A stretch of DNA of 64,000 nt from a virus (Duplodnaviria; Caudoviricetes), in IMG/VR virus record IMGVR_UViG_2681813214_000004, positions 8,537-72,536 of that record; one strand, given 5' to 3'. A program made the position numbers and the translations under genes. The notes under the pieces are model-generated. The model was not told where the DNA came from and ran no database searches. It saw only the letters and a program-made list of their open reading frames with translations. This document shows, in pieces, positions 35,530-44,622 of the stretch (the first letter of the stretch is position 1; every line of letters starts with the position of its first letter).

Positions 35530-35972
35530 GGGAGGTCGCGGAACTTGTCAATCGGCATTGGGCCGCTATCCTTTGGGATTTCCAGGAAGCCCTGGGGATC
35601 AATCCGAATTGGTATTTCTCTGACAGAATGTACCGTTGGGAAGATTTTCAGGCACTCTATGGCGTTTTTGCGCAGTCGCCGGGTTCGGCTATCTATGCGT
35701 CGGTGTTTAATGATCCGGAGATAGTGGATGAGTTGGCGGGGTTGAAGGAGCCGGATGGCCCAACCCCTGCACCGCCACTGTTCCGGTGGAGCCCGATTAT
35801 GGGGAAGCTGGCCGATATTGAGGATCAGCTGAACATCGCTAATTTCCGTGGCGAGGCGAAGCTGTCTAAGCGGCCGGTGTATCCGCATCTGCGTGAGCGT
35901 AAGCGTCGGAAGATGCAGCATCAAACTGACCGCATTGCGGAGTCTCAGGCAAGGAATTCTGTGCGCGACTGA
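35227..35972 (+). CDS. Tail assembly chaperone, -1 frameshift product (gpGT-like)
   Basis: GGGAAAA at 35520-35526; the -1 frame is open (IGEVAELVNRHW...) and continuous with ORF 35628-35972. Confidence 0.85.
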
Positions 35973-36041
35973 GTTTTATAACTCTTTATAAATTAATATA
36001 GGCTTTTCTCTATAACTTAATATAGTTTTTCGGGGGTATTT

Positions 36042-39000
36042 GTGGCTGAATTTGTTGCCGCCCAGGCGGCGGTACTCATGGTGCCCTCTATTAAGGGTTT
36101 TCATTCTAAGCTGAAAACCGCATTGGAAACGGTGCGCCAGGACTTCACTGTCCAGGTTAAGGCGCAAACCGATAAAATGTTGGCCGAGATTACGGCCGCT
36201 AAGAAGGCTGCCGAGGCCACTCCTATCGACCTTCGAGTGAAGGTTCACGATAAGGAGTACGTCAAGCAGATCACTGAGATTCGCCATAAGTACGAGAATC
36301 TTAGTTCGCAGTTCCGCAAGGGCCTGATTCTTAACGTGGCGGTTACGGGCGCCCAGTTCATACCTCAGCTGGGTGTGGCGGTCGCGGCTCTGAATGAGTC
36401 GATTGTTTCGCTGTCCCAGAATGTACTGTTGCTGCCGGGGGCGTTCTCTGCTGCTGCCGCATCGGTGAGCACCCTGTTGCTCGGTACGCGTGGTTTGAAG
36501 GATGCGTTCAAGGCGTACGGGGATGCGCAGAAGTCGGCTACCGAGGATGGGCGCCGTCTGCGTGATGCTCAGCGGTCGTTGACGGATGCGAACCGTGACT
36601 ATGCGCGGTCGTTGAAGGATTCGCAGCGCAATCTTCGTGACCTGAATTTGGAGATGAAGGGTGCCCGCCTCTCCGAGGCTGAGGCCCGCCTGAATCTACG
36701 CGAGGCGCAGGCTGAGGAAGCGAACACGGCGGGTAAGTCGGCGTTGCAGAGGCAGCGCGACAACCTGAACGTTCAGCAGTCGTATCAGCGGTTGCAGGAG
36801 GTTTTGAACCGCAACAACGATTTGGCGCAGGATGCCGCTGAGGCGAACGCTAAGGGTGTCCGTGGCGCCGACACGGTGGTTGCGGCGCTGGAGCGGATCA
36901 AGAACGCCCAGGAGGGTGTTCAGGACTCCTCTAAGGGTGCGCAGGGCATCGCGCAGGCGATGGGGAATCTGTCGCCGAACGCGCGCTCGTTTGTTGCGGC
37001 GATGCAGGCGCTCCGCACCTCGTACGGCGGTTTACGTGCCGATGTTCAGGACCGCATTTTCGCGGGTCTGGACCGAGATGTTGTGGAGCTGGCGGGGAAG
37101 TCTCTGCCGATGCTCAAGCAGGGCTTGGGCTCTATCGGTACGGCATGGAACCGGAACATCCGCACGATGCTGCAATCGTTGGGCACTGGTCCGAATCAGA
37201 GCTTGATTGGCAGGATTCTCGGTAACACGGCGCAGTCCCAGTCTCAGCTGTCGAATGCAATCAATCCGTTCCTGGATGCGTTCCTGCGGCTGTCGTCGGT
37301 GGGCTCTACGTCGCTGCCTCGGCTGGCAAATGGTTTCGCGAGGCTGATGGATCGGTTCGATGCGTTCGTTAAGCGTTCCGAGTCTTCCGGCAAGTTGGAT
37401 GAGTGGATCAATCGGGCGATTGATGCGGCGAAGAACTTCGGTAACTCGCTGATCAACATCGGTTCGATCATGAACACGTTCGCTGAGGGCTTTTTGAAGT
37501 CTGGCGGCAAGGGTTTCCTTCAGTGGTTCCAGGAGTCCACGAAGCGGCTATCGGACTATCTGAAGACTGCTGAGGGTCAGGAGAAGATCAACAAGTTCTT
37601 CCGGGATGCGCGGGATGTGTTGCGCCAGTTCAGCCCCATGCTTAGTGCGTTGCCGGATTTGTTCCGTGCTGCGCGCGACGGTGCGGGTGCGTGGGCGAGC
37701 TTGATGCTTCCGTTCTTGAATGCGGCAGCTACCTTACTGAAGGCGCATCCGGGGCTGGTTTCTTCGGCTGTAGTTGCATATATAGGTTTTAAAACGGTAT
37801 CGCCAATCATCAGGGGTGTGACGGCAGCGTTCGAGCTGCTAAGGCCAATGGTGCAGGGCGTTGCTGCGGCGGCTTCCGCTGGGGCCGAACTGTTCAGCAA
37901 AAGCGGTTGGGTGATGATTGGCCGCGCAACGGCGATGCGTAACAGCATTTCCGGTTTAGCGGCCAGTGTGGGTCCTGGCGGCGCCTTGGCGATCGGGTTG
38001 ACATCCCTGGCGACGGTTGTGCTGGCTAAATACATTCAGCAGCAGGAACGCGCCGCTGGTGCGGCCCAGGATCACGCAGATGCGTTGCGGTCCATGAAGA
38101 GTGCGCTGGACGAAGTAACCGGCGCCATGGACAAGGAAGGACTTCTCCGGCTCGGTAAAGAGCTGGAGGATGTTAACACTTCCGGTGGTGACGGCCAAAA
38201 GCTGGAACATACCAACGCGTTAAAGCTGGCTGAGAATTCGGGGGTTGGGCGCGGCGAGTACCTGAACTCGTTTGTCAACGAGAACGGTGCACTGCGTAAC
38301 AAGACGTTGGGCGAACTGGACAAGGTTGTTCAGGATGATCTTGCGGCGTCGAGCTTTTGGGCTAGGTACGGCGATAAGTATCAGGATGTGGGGATCAGCA
38401 AGGAGCTGATCACCCGCGCCCTCAACGGCGATCAGGGCGCCATCTCTGAGTTTAAAGACAAGTTGGCCAACAACCGCGTCGATTTCCAGATCAAGGGCCG
38501 TGACCTCTTCCAGATTCAAAATGAGCTGGGGGAGAAGGCTCATGACGCGTCTACTGCTGCCGGTATATTGCGTGACCGCACTAACCAGGGCAGCCAGGCG
38601 CAGTCGGATATCCGCGATACCAACAAGGCCGTTTACGGTAGTTCTGAGCTGAATGCGCAGGGGTTGCAGACATTTGGGCGCTTCGGTAGTCCTCGCGCGT
38701 TCGCGAGCGGTAGCGGTGTCGATATCACTGTTGATCGGTACCCTGATGCGCAGTTCGTCAAGGATATTCAGGCGAACGGCGGATCTGTTAAGGCGACTGC
38801 TGGTGGTGGCGCCCAGATTCATCTGAATCAGGATCGGGCTGGCCTATATACGTCGATCAAGCCGCCTGTGCGTCGTGCCGGTGGCGGCATGATGTTCGGC
38901 GAGGGTTCTGGTACGTCGGATTCGATCTTGGCGAGGTTGTCGAACGGCGAGTTTGTCACTAAGGCGGCGTCTGTCGCCAAGTATGGTCCTGGTCTGTTCC

Positions 39001-41405
39001 ATGCGCTTAACGCTGGGAAGATTGATCCGGAGTCGCTGCCTGGGTTTGATGGTGGTGGCGGGCCGATCGTGGTTAGCCCGAATAGGCCGAATCCGTACAT
39101 TCCTAATACGTCGGTTGCTCCCGGTGGGGCGTCTGTTTCGACGCCGTTGCCGCAGGATTTGGTTGGCGGGGCGCCTAATACGGCGCTGAATCCGCCTCCT
39201 GCACCTGCTGCGGGGCCGAAGCTGGAGTCACCGATCAATCAGGAAGCTGTTCGTGGTCCTGATCCGAATCGACATGGCGGCGGTAGTTCTGCGCTGACTG
39301 GCCCGCTTCCGGGTCCTGATCCGTCAACGATTGTTCCGGATGTTCCTTCAGCACCTCAGGTGCCTGTGGACACTCCGTCCGATCTTGGGTTGGGGGCTAT
39401 TCAGGGGCTTCCGGACAACATTCAGCCGGTCAACATTCTCGCCCAAATCGGTGAGGTGTTGTTGGGTGCGGTGTTGTCGTTCTTCGGAATTGATCCGACT
39501 TACTTCAATCTGGGTAAGCAGGTCATTCAGGGGGTCACTGGCCGACGTAAGGGTGTTGGTGGTGCGGCTGATCCGCAGGCGCAGGCGTTGCTTGATGGCG
39601 CTCCTGGCGCGGCAGCTTTGACTGCTGAGCAGTCTGGTCTGGTGGGCTTGGGTTATGACTCTAAGGGCATGCAGGTCAACACAATTCGTGCCGCTAACGC
39701 AGCGAAGGAAGCCTTCCCTGGTATTGCGAAGATCGGCGGGTTCCGGGATGATCCCGGATTCCCTGATGAGCATCCGGCAGGCAAGGCGGCTGATCTCATG
39801 GTTGGCGACGACCGCGAGACTGGTGATGCGGTCAAGTCGTACATGCTTGGCCGTGCACAGGAATACGGCATTGACTATGTGATCTGGGACCAGAAGATGT
39901 GGTATCCGGATGGTCGGGTTACGCCTATGCCGGATCGTGGGGGGCCGACCGCCAACCACAAGGATCACGTCCACATTCACACGAATGGCGGCGGGTATCC
40001 GCAGGATGTGGCGAAGCAACTCAGTGGCAACGCAGAAGCGATGTCGGGCAAGGCTGAGCAGTCTGCCTACAACCCGCAGGGCGGTGCTGAACAGTGGCGC
40101 CCACGCGTGCATGCGGCAATCGATAAGTACGGAGCCCAGTACGGGATTCAGAACAGTAAGGCGTGGGAAGACGCGATTGTTCGGCAGATCGATACCGAAT
40201 CGCACGGCAATCCGGGAGCGGTAAACAACTGGGATTCAAACGCCAAGGCGGGGCATCCATCTAAGGGTCTGTTGCAGTTCATTCCGTCCACGTTCAACGC
40301 GAACAATGTCACGGGCGGCGACTTCATGGACCCTGATGCGCAGATCGCTGCGGTGCTGCCTTACGTGTCCCGGAAGTACGGGATGAACTCTGTTGGTGGC
40401 CCCAACTTCATTGGTGAGGGTCACGGATATGCGGGCGGCGGAATCTTGCGCGGGGCCGGAACCGGTACGTCGGATTCGATGTTGGCGCGAGTTTCGAACG
40501 GCGAGTTCATCACTCGCGCGGCGTCTGTCGCGAAGTATGGTCCGAGCCTGTTTCATGCGTTGAATGAGGGCAAGATAGATCCGTCCGCCCTTCCGGGGTA
40601 TGCGGATGGTGATCAGGTTCTTATTCCGGGGCTTCCGGCGCCTGATCCTGGTCCGGGACAATCGACAGGTCCGTTGCCTGATGCGCCGCCTCCGGCTGAT
40701 ATTCCTCTTGCTGGCCCGTCTGTGGGGCCGACTACGAATGTGGGTGCCCCTACTGAGGGTGTTCAGGCTCCGGCCCCGGTTACGGAGGCTAATCCGACAC
40801 CTGATGTGAATGCTCCGGCTGTCACTGAGCAAGCCACAGATAACGCTGTGGGCGAGGCTGTGGGCGGTATCGGTGCGGCGTTGAAGGGTACTGGCGGCGG
40901 GGTTAATCCTGGCGCTCAGGCTCCGCAGGGAGCTAAGCCTGATAAGGACCCGCGTTCTGTGATGGGTGCGGCTCCGAAGAATCTGAACCACAACAATCCG
41001 GGGTTGCAGAAGGGCATCGAGGGTGCCGCTTCTGCGATTGGTGGCGCTTTGTCTACGGCTATTTCTGTGGCGGCGTCGGCGGGTTCGTTTGGTGCTGCCG
41101 GTCCTGCCGGTGGTGCTGCTGGTTCGTTGGCTGCTGCTGGTGTGCAGATGGGTGGCCAGGCTGTCGCGGGTGCCGCGAACATCCTGTCCAGCCTGTTGGT
41201 GGGCACGTTGACGAGTGGTTCGACTGCGAATCCGTCCGGTGTTCCGATGCTGCCCCAGGAACAGCAGAAGCAGGCCGCCGGTCCGAAGATTGTGAATAAC
41301 TTCAATGGGGGTATTCATACTTCGAATTTGGAGCAGTGGAAACAGCAGCAGGATCGTCGTGAGGCGCAGCAGGCGGCTTCGTATATGGGGCCTCCGTCGA
41401 GATAA
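36042..41405 (+). CDS. Tape measure protein with embedded muralytic domains
   Basis: 1787 aa, Ala/Gly-rich; H-x-D...H-x-H peptidase-like motif (EHPAGKAAD...NHKDHVH) and SLT-like ES.G...GLLQF. Confidence 0.95.
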   Translation: MAEFVAAQAAVLMVPSIKGFHSKLKTALETVRQDFTVQVKAQTDKMLAEITAAKKAAEATPIDLRVKVHDKEYVKQITEIRHKYENLSSQFRKGLILNVAVTGAQFIPQLGVAVAALNESIVSLSQNVLLLPGAFSAAAASVSTLLLGTRGLKDAFKAYGDAQKSATEDGRRLRDAQRSLTDANRDYARSLKDSQRNLRDLNLEMKGARLSEAEARLNLREAQAEEANTAGKSALQRQRDNLNVQQSYQRLQEVLNRNNDLAQDAAEANAKGVRGADTVVAALERIKNAQEGVQDSSKGAQGIAQAMGNLSPNARSFVAAMQALRTSYGGLRADVQDRIFAGLDRDVVELAGKSLPMLKQGLGSIGTAWNRNIRTMLQSLGTGPNQSLIGRILGNTAQSQSQLSNAINPFLDAFLRLSSVGSTSLPRLANGFARLMDRFDAFVKRSESSGKLDEWINRAIDAAKNFGNSLINIGSIMNTFAEGFLKSGGKGFLQWFQESTKRLSDYLKTAEGQEKINKFFRDARDVLRQFSPMLSALPDLFRAARDGAGAWASLMLPFLNAAATLLKAHPGLVSSAVVAYIGFKTVSPIIRGVTAAFELLRPMVQGVAAAASAGAELFSKSGWVMIGRATAMRNSISGLAASVGPGGALAIGLTSLATVVLAKYIQQQERAAGAAQDHADALRSMKSALDEVTGAMDKEGLLRLGKELEDVNTSGGDGQKLEHTNALKLAENSGVGRGEYLNSFVNENGALRNKTLGELDKVVQDDLAASSFWARYGDKYQDVGISKELITRALNGDQGAISEFKDKLANNRVDFQIKGRDLFQIQNELGEKAHDASTAAGILRDRTNQGSQAQSDIRDTNKAVYGSSELNAQGLQTFGRFGSPRAFASGSGVDITVDRYPDAQFVKDIQANGGSVKATAGGGAQIHLNQDRAGLYTSIKPPVRRAGGGMMFGEGSGTSDSILARLSNGEFVTKAASVAKYGPGLFHALNAGKIDPESLPGFDGGGGPIVVSPNRPNPYIPNTSVAPGGASVSTPLPQDLVGGAPNTALNPPPAPAAGPKLESPINQEAVRGPDPNRHGGGSSALTGPLPGPDPSTIVPDVPSAPQVPVDTPSDLGLGAIQGLPDNIQPVNILAQIGEVLLGAVLSFFGIDPTYFNLGKQVIQGVTGRRKGVGGAADPQAQALLDGAPGAAALTAEQSGLVGLGYDSKGMQVNTIRAANAAKEAFPGIAKIGGFRDDPGFPDEHPAGKAADLMVGDDRETGDAVKSYMLGRAQEYGIDYVIWDQKMWYPDGRVTPMPDRGGPTANHKDHVHIHTNGGGYPQDVAKQLSGNAEAMSGKAEQSAYNPQGGAEQWRPRVHAAIDKYGAQYGIQNSKAWEDAIVRQIDTESHGNPGAVNNWDSNAKAGHPSKGLLQFIPSTFNANNVTGGDFMDPDAQIAAVLPYVSRKYGMNSVGGPNFIGEGHGYAGGGILRGAGTGTSDSMLARVSNGEFITRAASVAKYGPSLFHALNEGKIDPSALPGYADGDQVLIPGLPAPDPGPGQSTGPLPDAPPPADIPLAGPSVGPTTNVGAPTEGVQAPAPVTEANPTPDVNAPAVTEQATDNAVGEAVGGIGAALKGTGGGVNPGAQAPQGAKPDKDPRSVMGAAPKNLNHNNPGLQKGIEGAASAIGGALSTAISVAASAGSFGAAGPAGGAAGSLAAAGVQMGGQAVAGAANILSSLLVGTLTSGSTANPSGVPMLPQEQQKQAAGPKIVNNFNGGIHTSNLEQWKQQQDRREAQQAASYMGPPSR

Positions 41406-41417
41406 CTAAATAGTGGT

Positions 41418-41453
41418 CCCGCCCCAGGGAAATTTGAGAGTACCTGGGGCGGG
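41418..41453 (+). terminator. GC-rich hairpin after the TMP gene
   Basis: CCCGCCCCAGG/CCTGGGGCGGG 11-bp stem, no U tract. Confidence 0.5.
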
Positions 41454-41474
41454 GGTTGGGGAGACAACTTAATA

Positions 41475-42356
41475 GTGACTGACCATCTTAAAATTGAGCT
41501 GGTTGGCCGGGATGGCTCGTATTGGTGTCTTTCCGGCCCCGGTATGGGGGAGCAGGGCGTCACACTAGGTGTGAACCCGCAAAACTTGTACGAACCCGAT
41601 GTAAAGACGTTATTTGTTCCTGGCCCGTTCGGTGAGGAATTCGTAGGTAAGCGCGTTCAGAAACGTGAAATGGTTTTGACGTTCCAAATCTACGATGACG
41701 ATCCTGATACGTGGCGAACTATCGATGCGATGTTCAGGTGGGCGTGGGATTACGAAGAACTCGCCACCTTGTATGTGACTACCGCTGACGGTACTCGATA
41801 TTTGAAACTGCGATTGCAGGAGTCACCGAAATACAATTATGAGAAAGATCCGCACATTCTGGCGGATATTCAGGTTCAGCTGACAATCGCAGCGGACTTC
41901 CCGTATTGGCAGGAAGACCCGTATGAGGTTGTGTGGGAGACCCTGAACGTTGAGGATTTCAAAACATTCCACATCTCTAATCCGGGCGACATTCCGGTGT
42001 GGTTGCGGTGGACTTTGACCGCTCCAGGGACGTGGACTCTGCCCGATTTTTCATGGGGCAACGACATGTATTCGCGGGGCGAGCAGGATCGTGGCCGCAC
42101 TATCCCGGTACCGACTTTGGTGTACGGGGAGGACGTATCGGTTGATTCTGATCCTCGCGTTCAAACGATCATCGCCGCGAATGAATCCCCTGTTCAGCAC
42201 AGGTGGAAGGGCAACGACCTTATCTATCCGTTGATGCCGGGTAAGCAGGGCGATGTTCCGGTGACGTTGAAGGACGCCGAGTTCGGTGGGGCCTTGAAGT
42301 TGACGGTGCCGCGCTGGTATTCGCGTCCGTGGTCGCATCCGTGGGCCATCCTGTGA
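41475..42356 (+). CDS. Minor tail protein (distal tail-like)
   Basis: First gene after TMP; GRDGSYWCLSG, ADFPYW and NPGDIPVWLRW motifs. Confidence 0.85.
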   Translation: MTDHLKIELVGRDGSYWCLSGPGMGEQGVTLGVNPQNLYEPDVKTLFVPGPFGEEFVGKRVQKREMVLTFQIYDDDPDTWRTIDAMFRWAWDYEELATLYVTTADGTRYLKLRLQESPKYNYEKDPHILADIQVQLTIAADFPYWQEDPYEVVWETLNVEDFKTFHISNPGDIPVWLRWTLTAPGTWTLPDFSWGNDMYSRGEQDRGRTIPVPTLVYGEDVSVDSDPRVQTIIAANESPVQHRWKGNDLIYPLMPGKQGDVPVTLKDAEFGGALKLTVPRWYSRPWSHPWAIL

Positions 42357-44074
42357 CCGCCGTTATGGATCGGCTGCGGGAGATTGACCGCAGGACCGAT
42401 GAGACGCGAGATAAGCACAAGAGTCTGCGGCGCGCGAAGCCGGAGATTCGGGTGTTGATGAACCGGCCCGATGGTGGGGCGGGCGCGGTGTCAGTCGGCA
42501 CCATCGACTATGACACCACTTTGAAGGGGTCGTTCCCGTTCAAAAACAACACCCCGACTCAGGGGATTCTTGAAATACCGGATGACCATTGGATGGCGGT
42601 CTGGTTGAAGCAGTTGCCGAACAATCCGGATTTCCTCAAGAACATTCTGATTGTTGTCGACTTCTACGGCGGGCAGAAACGCTGGTCCGGCCTGATGGAT
42701 AAATGGACTATCAAGTCTAAGGGTGGCATCAAATATCTTGAACTGACGTTCGATGATGATTTGAAGCCGCTGCAATACTTGCTATGCCCGCCGAACCCGT
42801 TGCTGCCGATCCCAATCTTCCAGTTCCCGCGTATTTTCGCTATCGCAGGTCCGGCCAAATGGTGCATTTCCATGATCATTCTTATCAACCTTATCAGGGT
42901 TGAGGGGAATCTTTGGAGTCTTCCGGATGATCCGTTTGACATAAACAGTTGGGTGGCTTCATTCGACTGGAATCAGTGGCAATGCTTCATTAAATGCAAC
43001 AGCTTCCTTTTGGATGATTCGTCACTGTGGACCTTCTTGGCGTCCCGGATGAACCCAATTGATTCGATCATTGCGGATGCGCTGGATGACTGCCAGCTCA
43101 CCATCCGGTATCGGCGCGTGTTGACAGATCTTGGGGAGTCTGCGGACATTCCTGGTGTATTCAATCCACGTAATGGCGCCCTGTATTGGGAGGTTGTCGA
43201 CAACTCCGAGGCTCACGCCTTGGGCGGGACGTTCCTTGAGGGCACCATCGTTGACGGCTTTCTGCGGTCAGTTGTGACCTATGGTGGCGGGTTCGTTGAG
43301 GACACCTTCAACATGGTGGACGATTCGCAGACGTTGCAGCCTGACGAGTATTACCAGTCTGGCTGGTTGGCGTCTATGGCGAAACAGCCGTGGCTGGTTA
43401 TCCGAGACAGTGAGTGGACTCCTATCGAGTCTGGAGACTTGTCGTGGGGACCGGCAAAGAATGTCACGGTGGTTGTTGGTGGCGATAATCCGGCAGCTGA
43501 CGCTATCGCGAAATTAGTCATCGAAACCACGGGGAATTTGCTTGGCTACTTTTTGTTGGGCGGTTTCAGTTCTGCCGGAACTATAGCCGCCGATATCATT
43601 ATGCCATTCATTGTTGGCACTATTGCGGCGTGGTTATCGTGGAAGAACTTCGGTCGGGCTCAAAAGCTCGGCTGGATTCACTATTGGGAACTGTATCAGC
43701 AGGGTGCCGAGAACAATGCGTGGTCGTTGTCTGCGTTGTCGGCGTTGCGTGGCGGGTTCTTAGCTGGAAGGTCTGAGACCACTCACCTGTTGGCGTTCCA
43801 TGACAGCTGGGCTTTGCCTGGTTTGCATTTCGATATCGGTCAGCGTATCGGCTCCACTATCAACTCTAAGGGTGTTGAGTCGATTATCTGGGTCAATCAG
43901 GTTGAGGAGATGACGCCGGGTTGGGATAACTCTGATTCGGTGCAGCCTTTGTCGTGGATTGTTAAGGCCGGTAAATCTGAGCGGGCTATGTCTTTGGGGG
44001 AGCGTTCTACGCGTTTGGCGAAGAAGTTCACAGAGGCTACCCGAAACCTAGGGGTCCAACTCATCGCTGCCTAG
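42353..44074 (+). CDS. Minor tail protein (baseplate hub / Tal-like)
   Basis: LQYLLCPPNPLLP.PIFQFP motif; synteny. Confidence 0.85.
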   Translation: MTAVMDRLREIDRRTDETRDKHKSLRRAKPEIRVLMNRPDGGAGAVSVGTIDYDTTLKGSFPFKNNTPTQGILEIPDDHWMAVWLKQLPNNPDFLKNILIVVDFYGGQKRWSGLMDKWTIKSKGGIKYLELTFDDDLKPLQYLLCPPNPLLPIPIFQFPRIFAIAGPAKWCISMIILINLIRVEGNLWSLPDDPFDINSWVASFDWNQWQCFIKCNSFLLDDSSLWTFLASRMNPIDSIIADALDDCQLTIRYRRVLTDLGESADIPGVFNPRNGALYWEVVDNSEAHALGGTFLEGTIVDGFLRSVVTYGGGFVEDTFNMVDDSQTLQPDEYYQSGWLASMAKQPWLVIRDSEWTPIESGDLSWGPAKNVTVVVGGDNPAADAIAKLVIETTGNLLGYFLLGGFSSAGTIAADIIMPFIVGTIAAWLSWKNFGRAQKLGWIHYWELYQQGAENNAWSLSALSALRGGFLAGRSETTHLLAFHDSWALPGLHFDIGQRIGSTINSKGVESIIWVNQVEEMTPGWDNSDSVQPLSWIVKAGKSERAMSLGERSTRLAKKFTEATRNLGVQLIAA

Positions 44075-44152
44075 TTGTTCAGTTTCTCTGCTGTTCAGTA
44101 TTGCTGAACAACAGGGCGATTGAACACATTTATTATTGGGGGAAACAAAGAA

Positions 44153-44620
44153 TTGTTGTCACAGGACGAATGCAATCCGGAAGATCCTAAGACCGCGTTT
44201 GCGTGGATGTTCGCTGCCGGTATTCCTGATCCCAGGAGCGCTAAGGAAGATCCTCAGCGCAGGTTTCCGAATCAGCCGTTGATTCCGCCGCAGTGTTTCG
44301 AGGCGGTTTCGGAGATGTTGTGGGATTTCGGTTGCCGCCCGCACGCGGATTTGCAGACGAAGTGGATTAAGGCCGGTACTGGTCCGACCCGCAATTTTGA
44401 GGTGTGGGACGTGGTGACTGAGAAGCCTATCGATATTTCAAAGGATGCGACCGGGTTCCTGGTCGATCAGTTCCCAGATAAGGCCGCTGAGGTTGCGGCT
44501 GCGTTCCGCACGCCGGAAGACCACAAGAAGGCTTTGGAGGAATTCGGCGGCGCACTGCAAGCGAATCTAGCGGCTCTTGAGGCTGCGCGGAAGCGTCTGG
44601 ATGAGGCTAAGGGGGTGTAG
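44153..44620 (+). CDS. Minor tail protein (DUF2744-like)
   Basis: ECNPEDP...AFAWMF...SEMLWDFG; TTG start after a GGGGGA RBS. Confidence 0.75.
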   Translation: MLSQDECNPEDPKTAFAWMFAAGIPDPRSAKEDPQRRFPNQPLIPPQCFEAVSEMLWDFGCRPHADLQTKWIKAGTGPTRNFEVWDVVTEKPIDISKDATGFLVDQFPDKAAEVAAAFRTPEDHKKALEEFGGALQANLAALEAARKRLDEAKGV

Positions 44621-44622
44621 CC

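Noticed and set aside
40236-41318. 360-aa minus-strand ORF and other long antisense ORFs in the tail region
   Set aside because: Shadows of the TMP and tail genes; Arg/Ser-rich without recognisable domains
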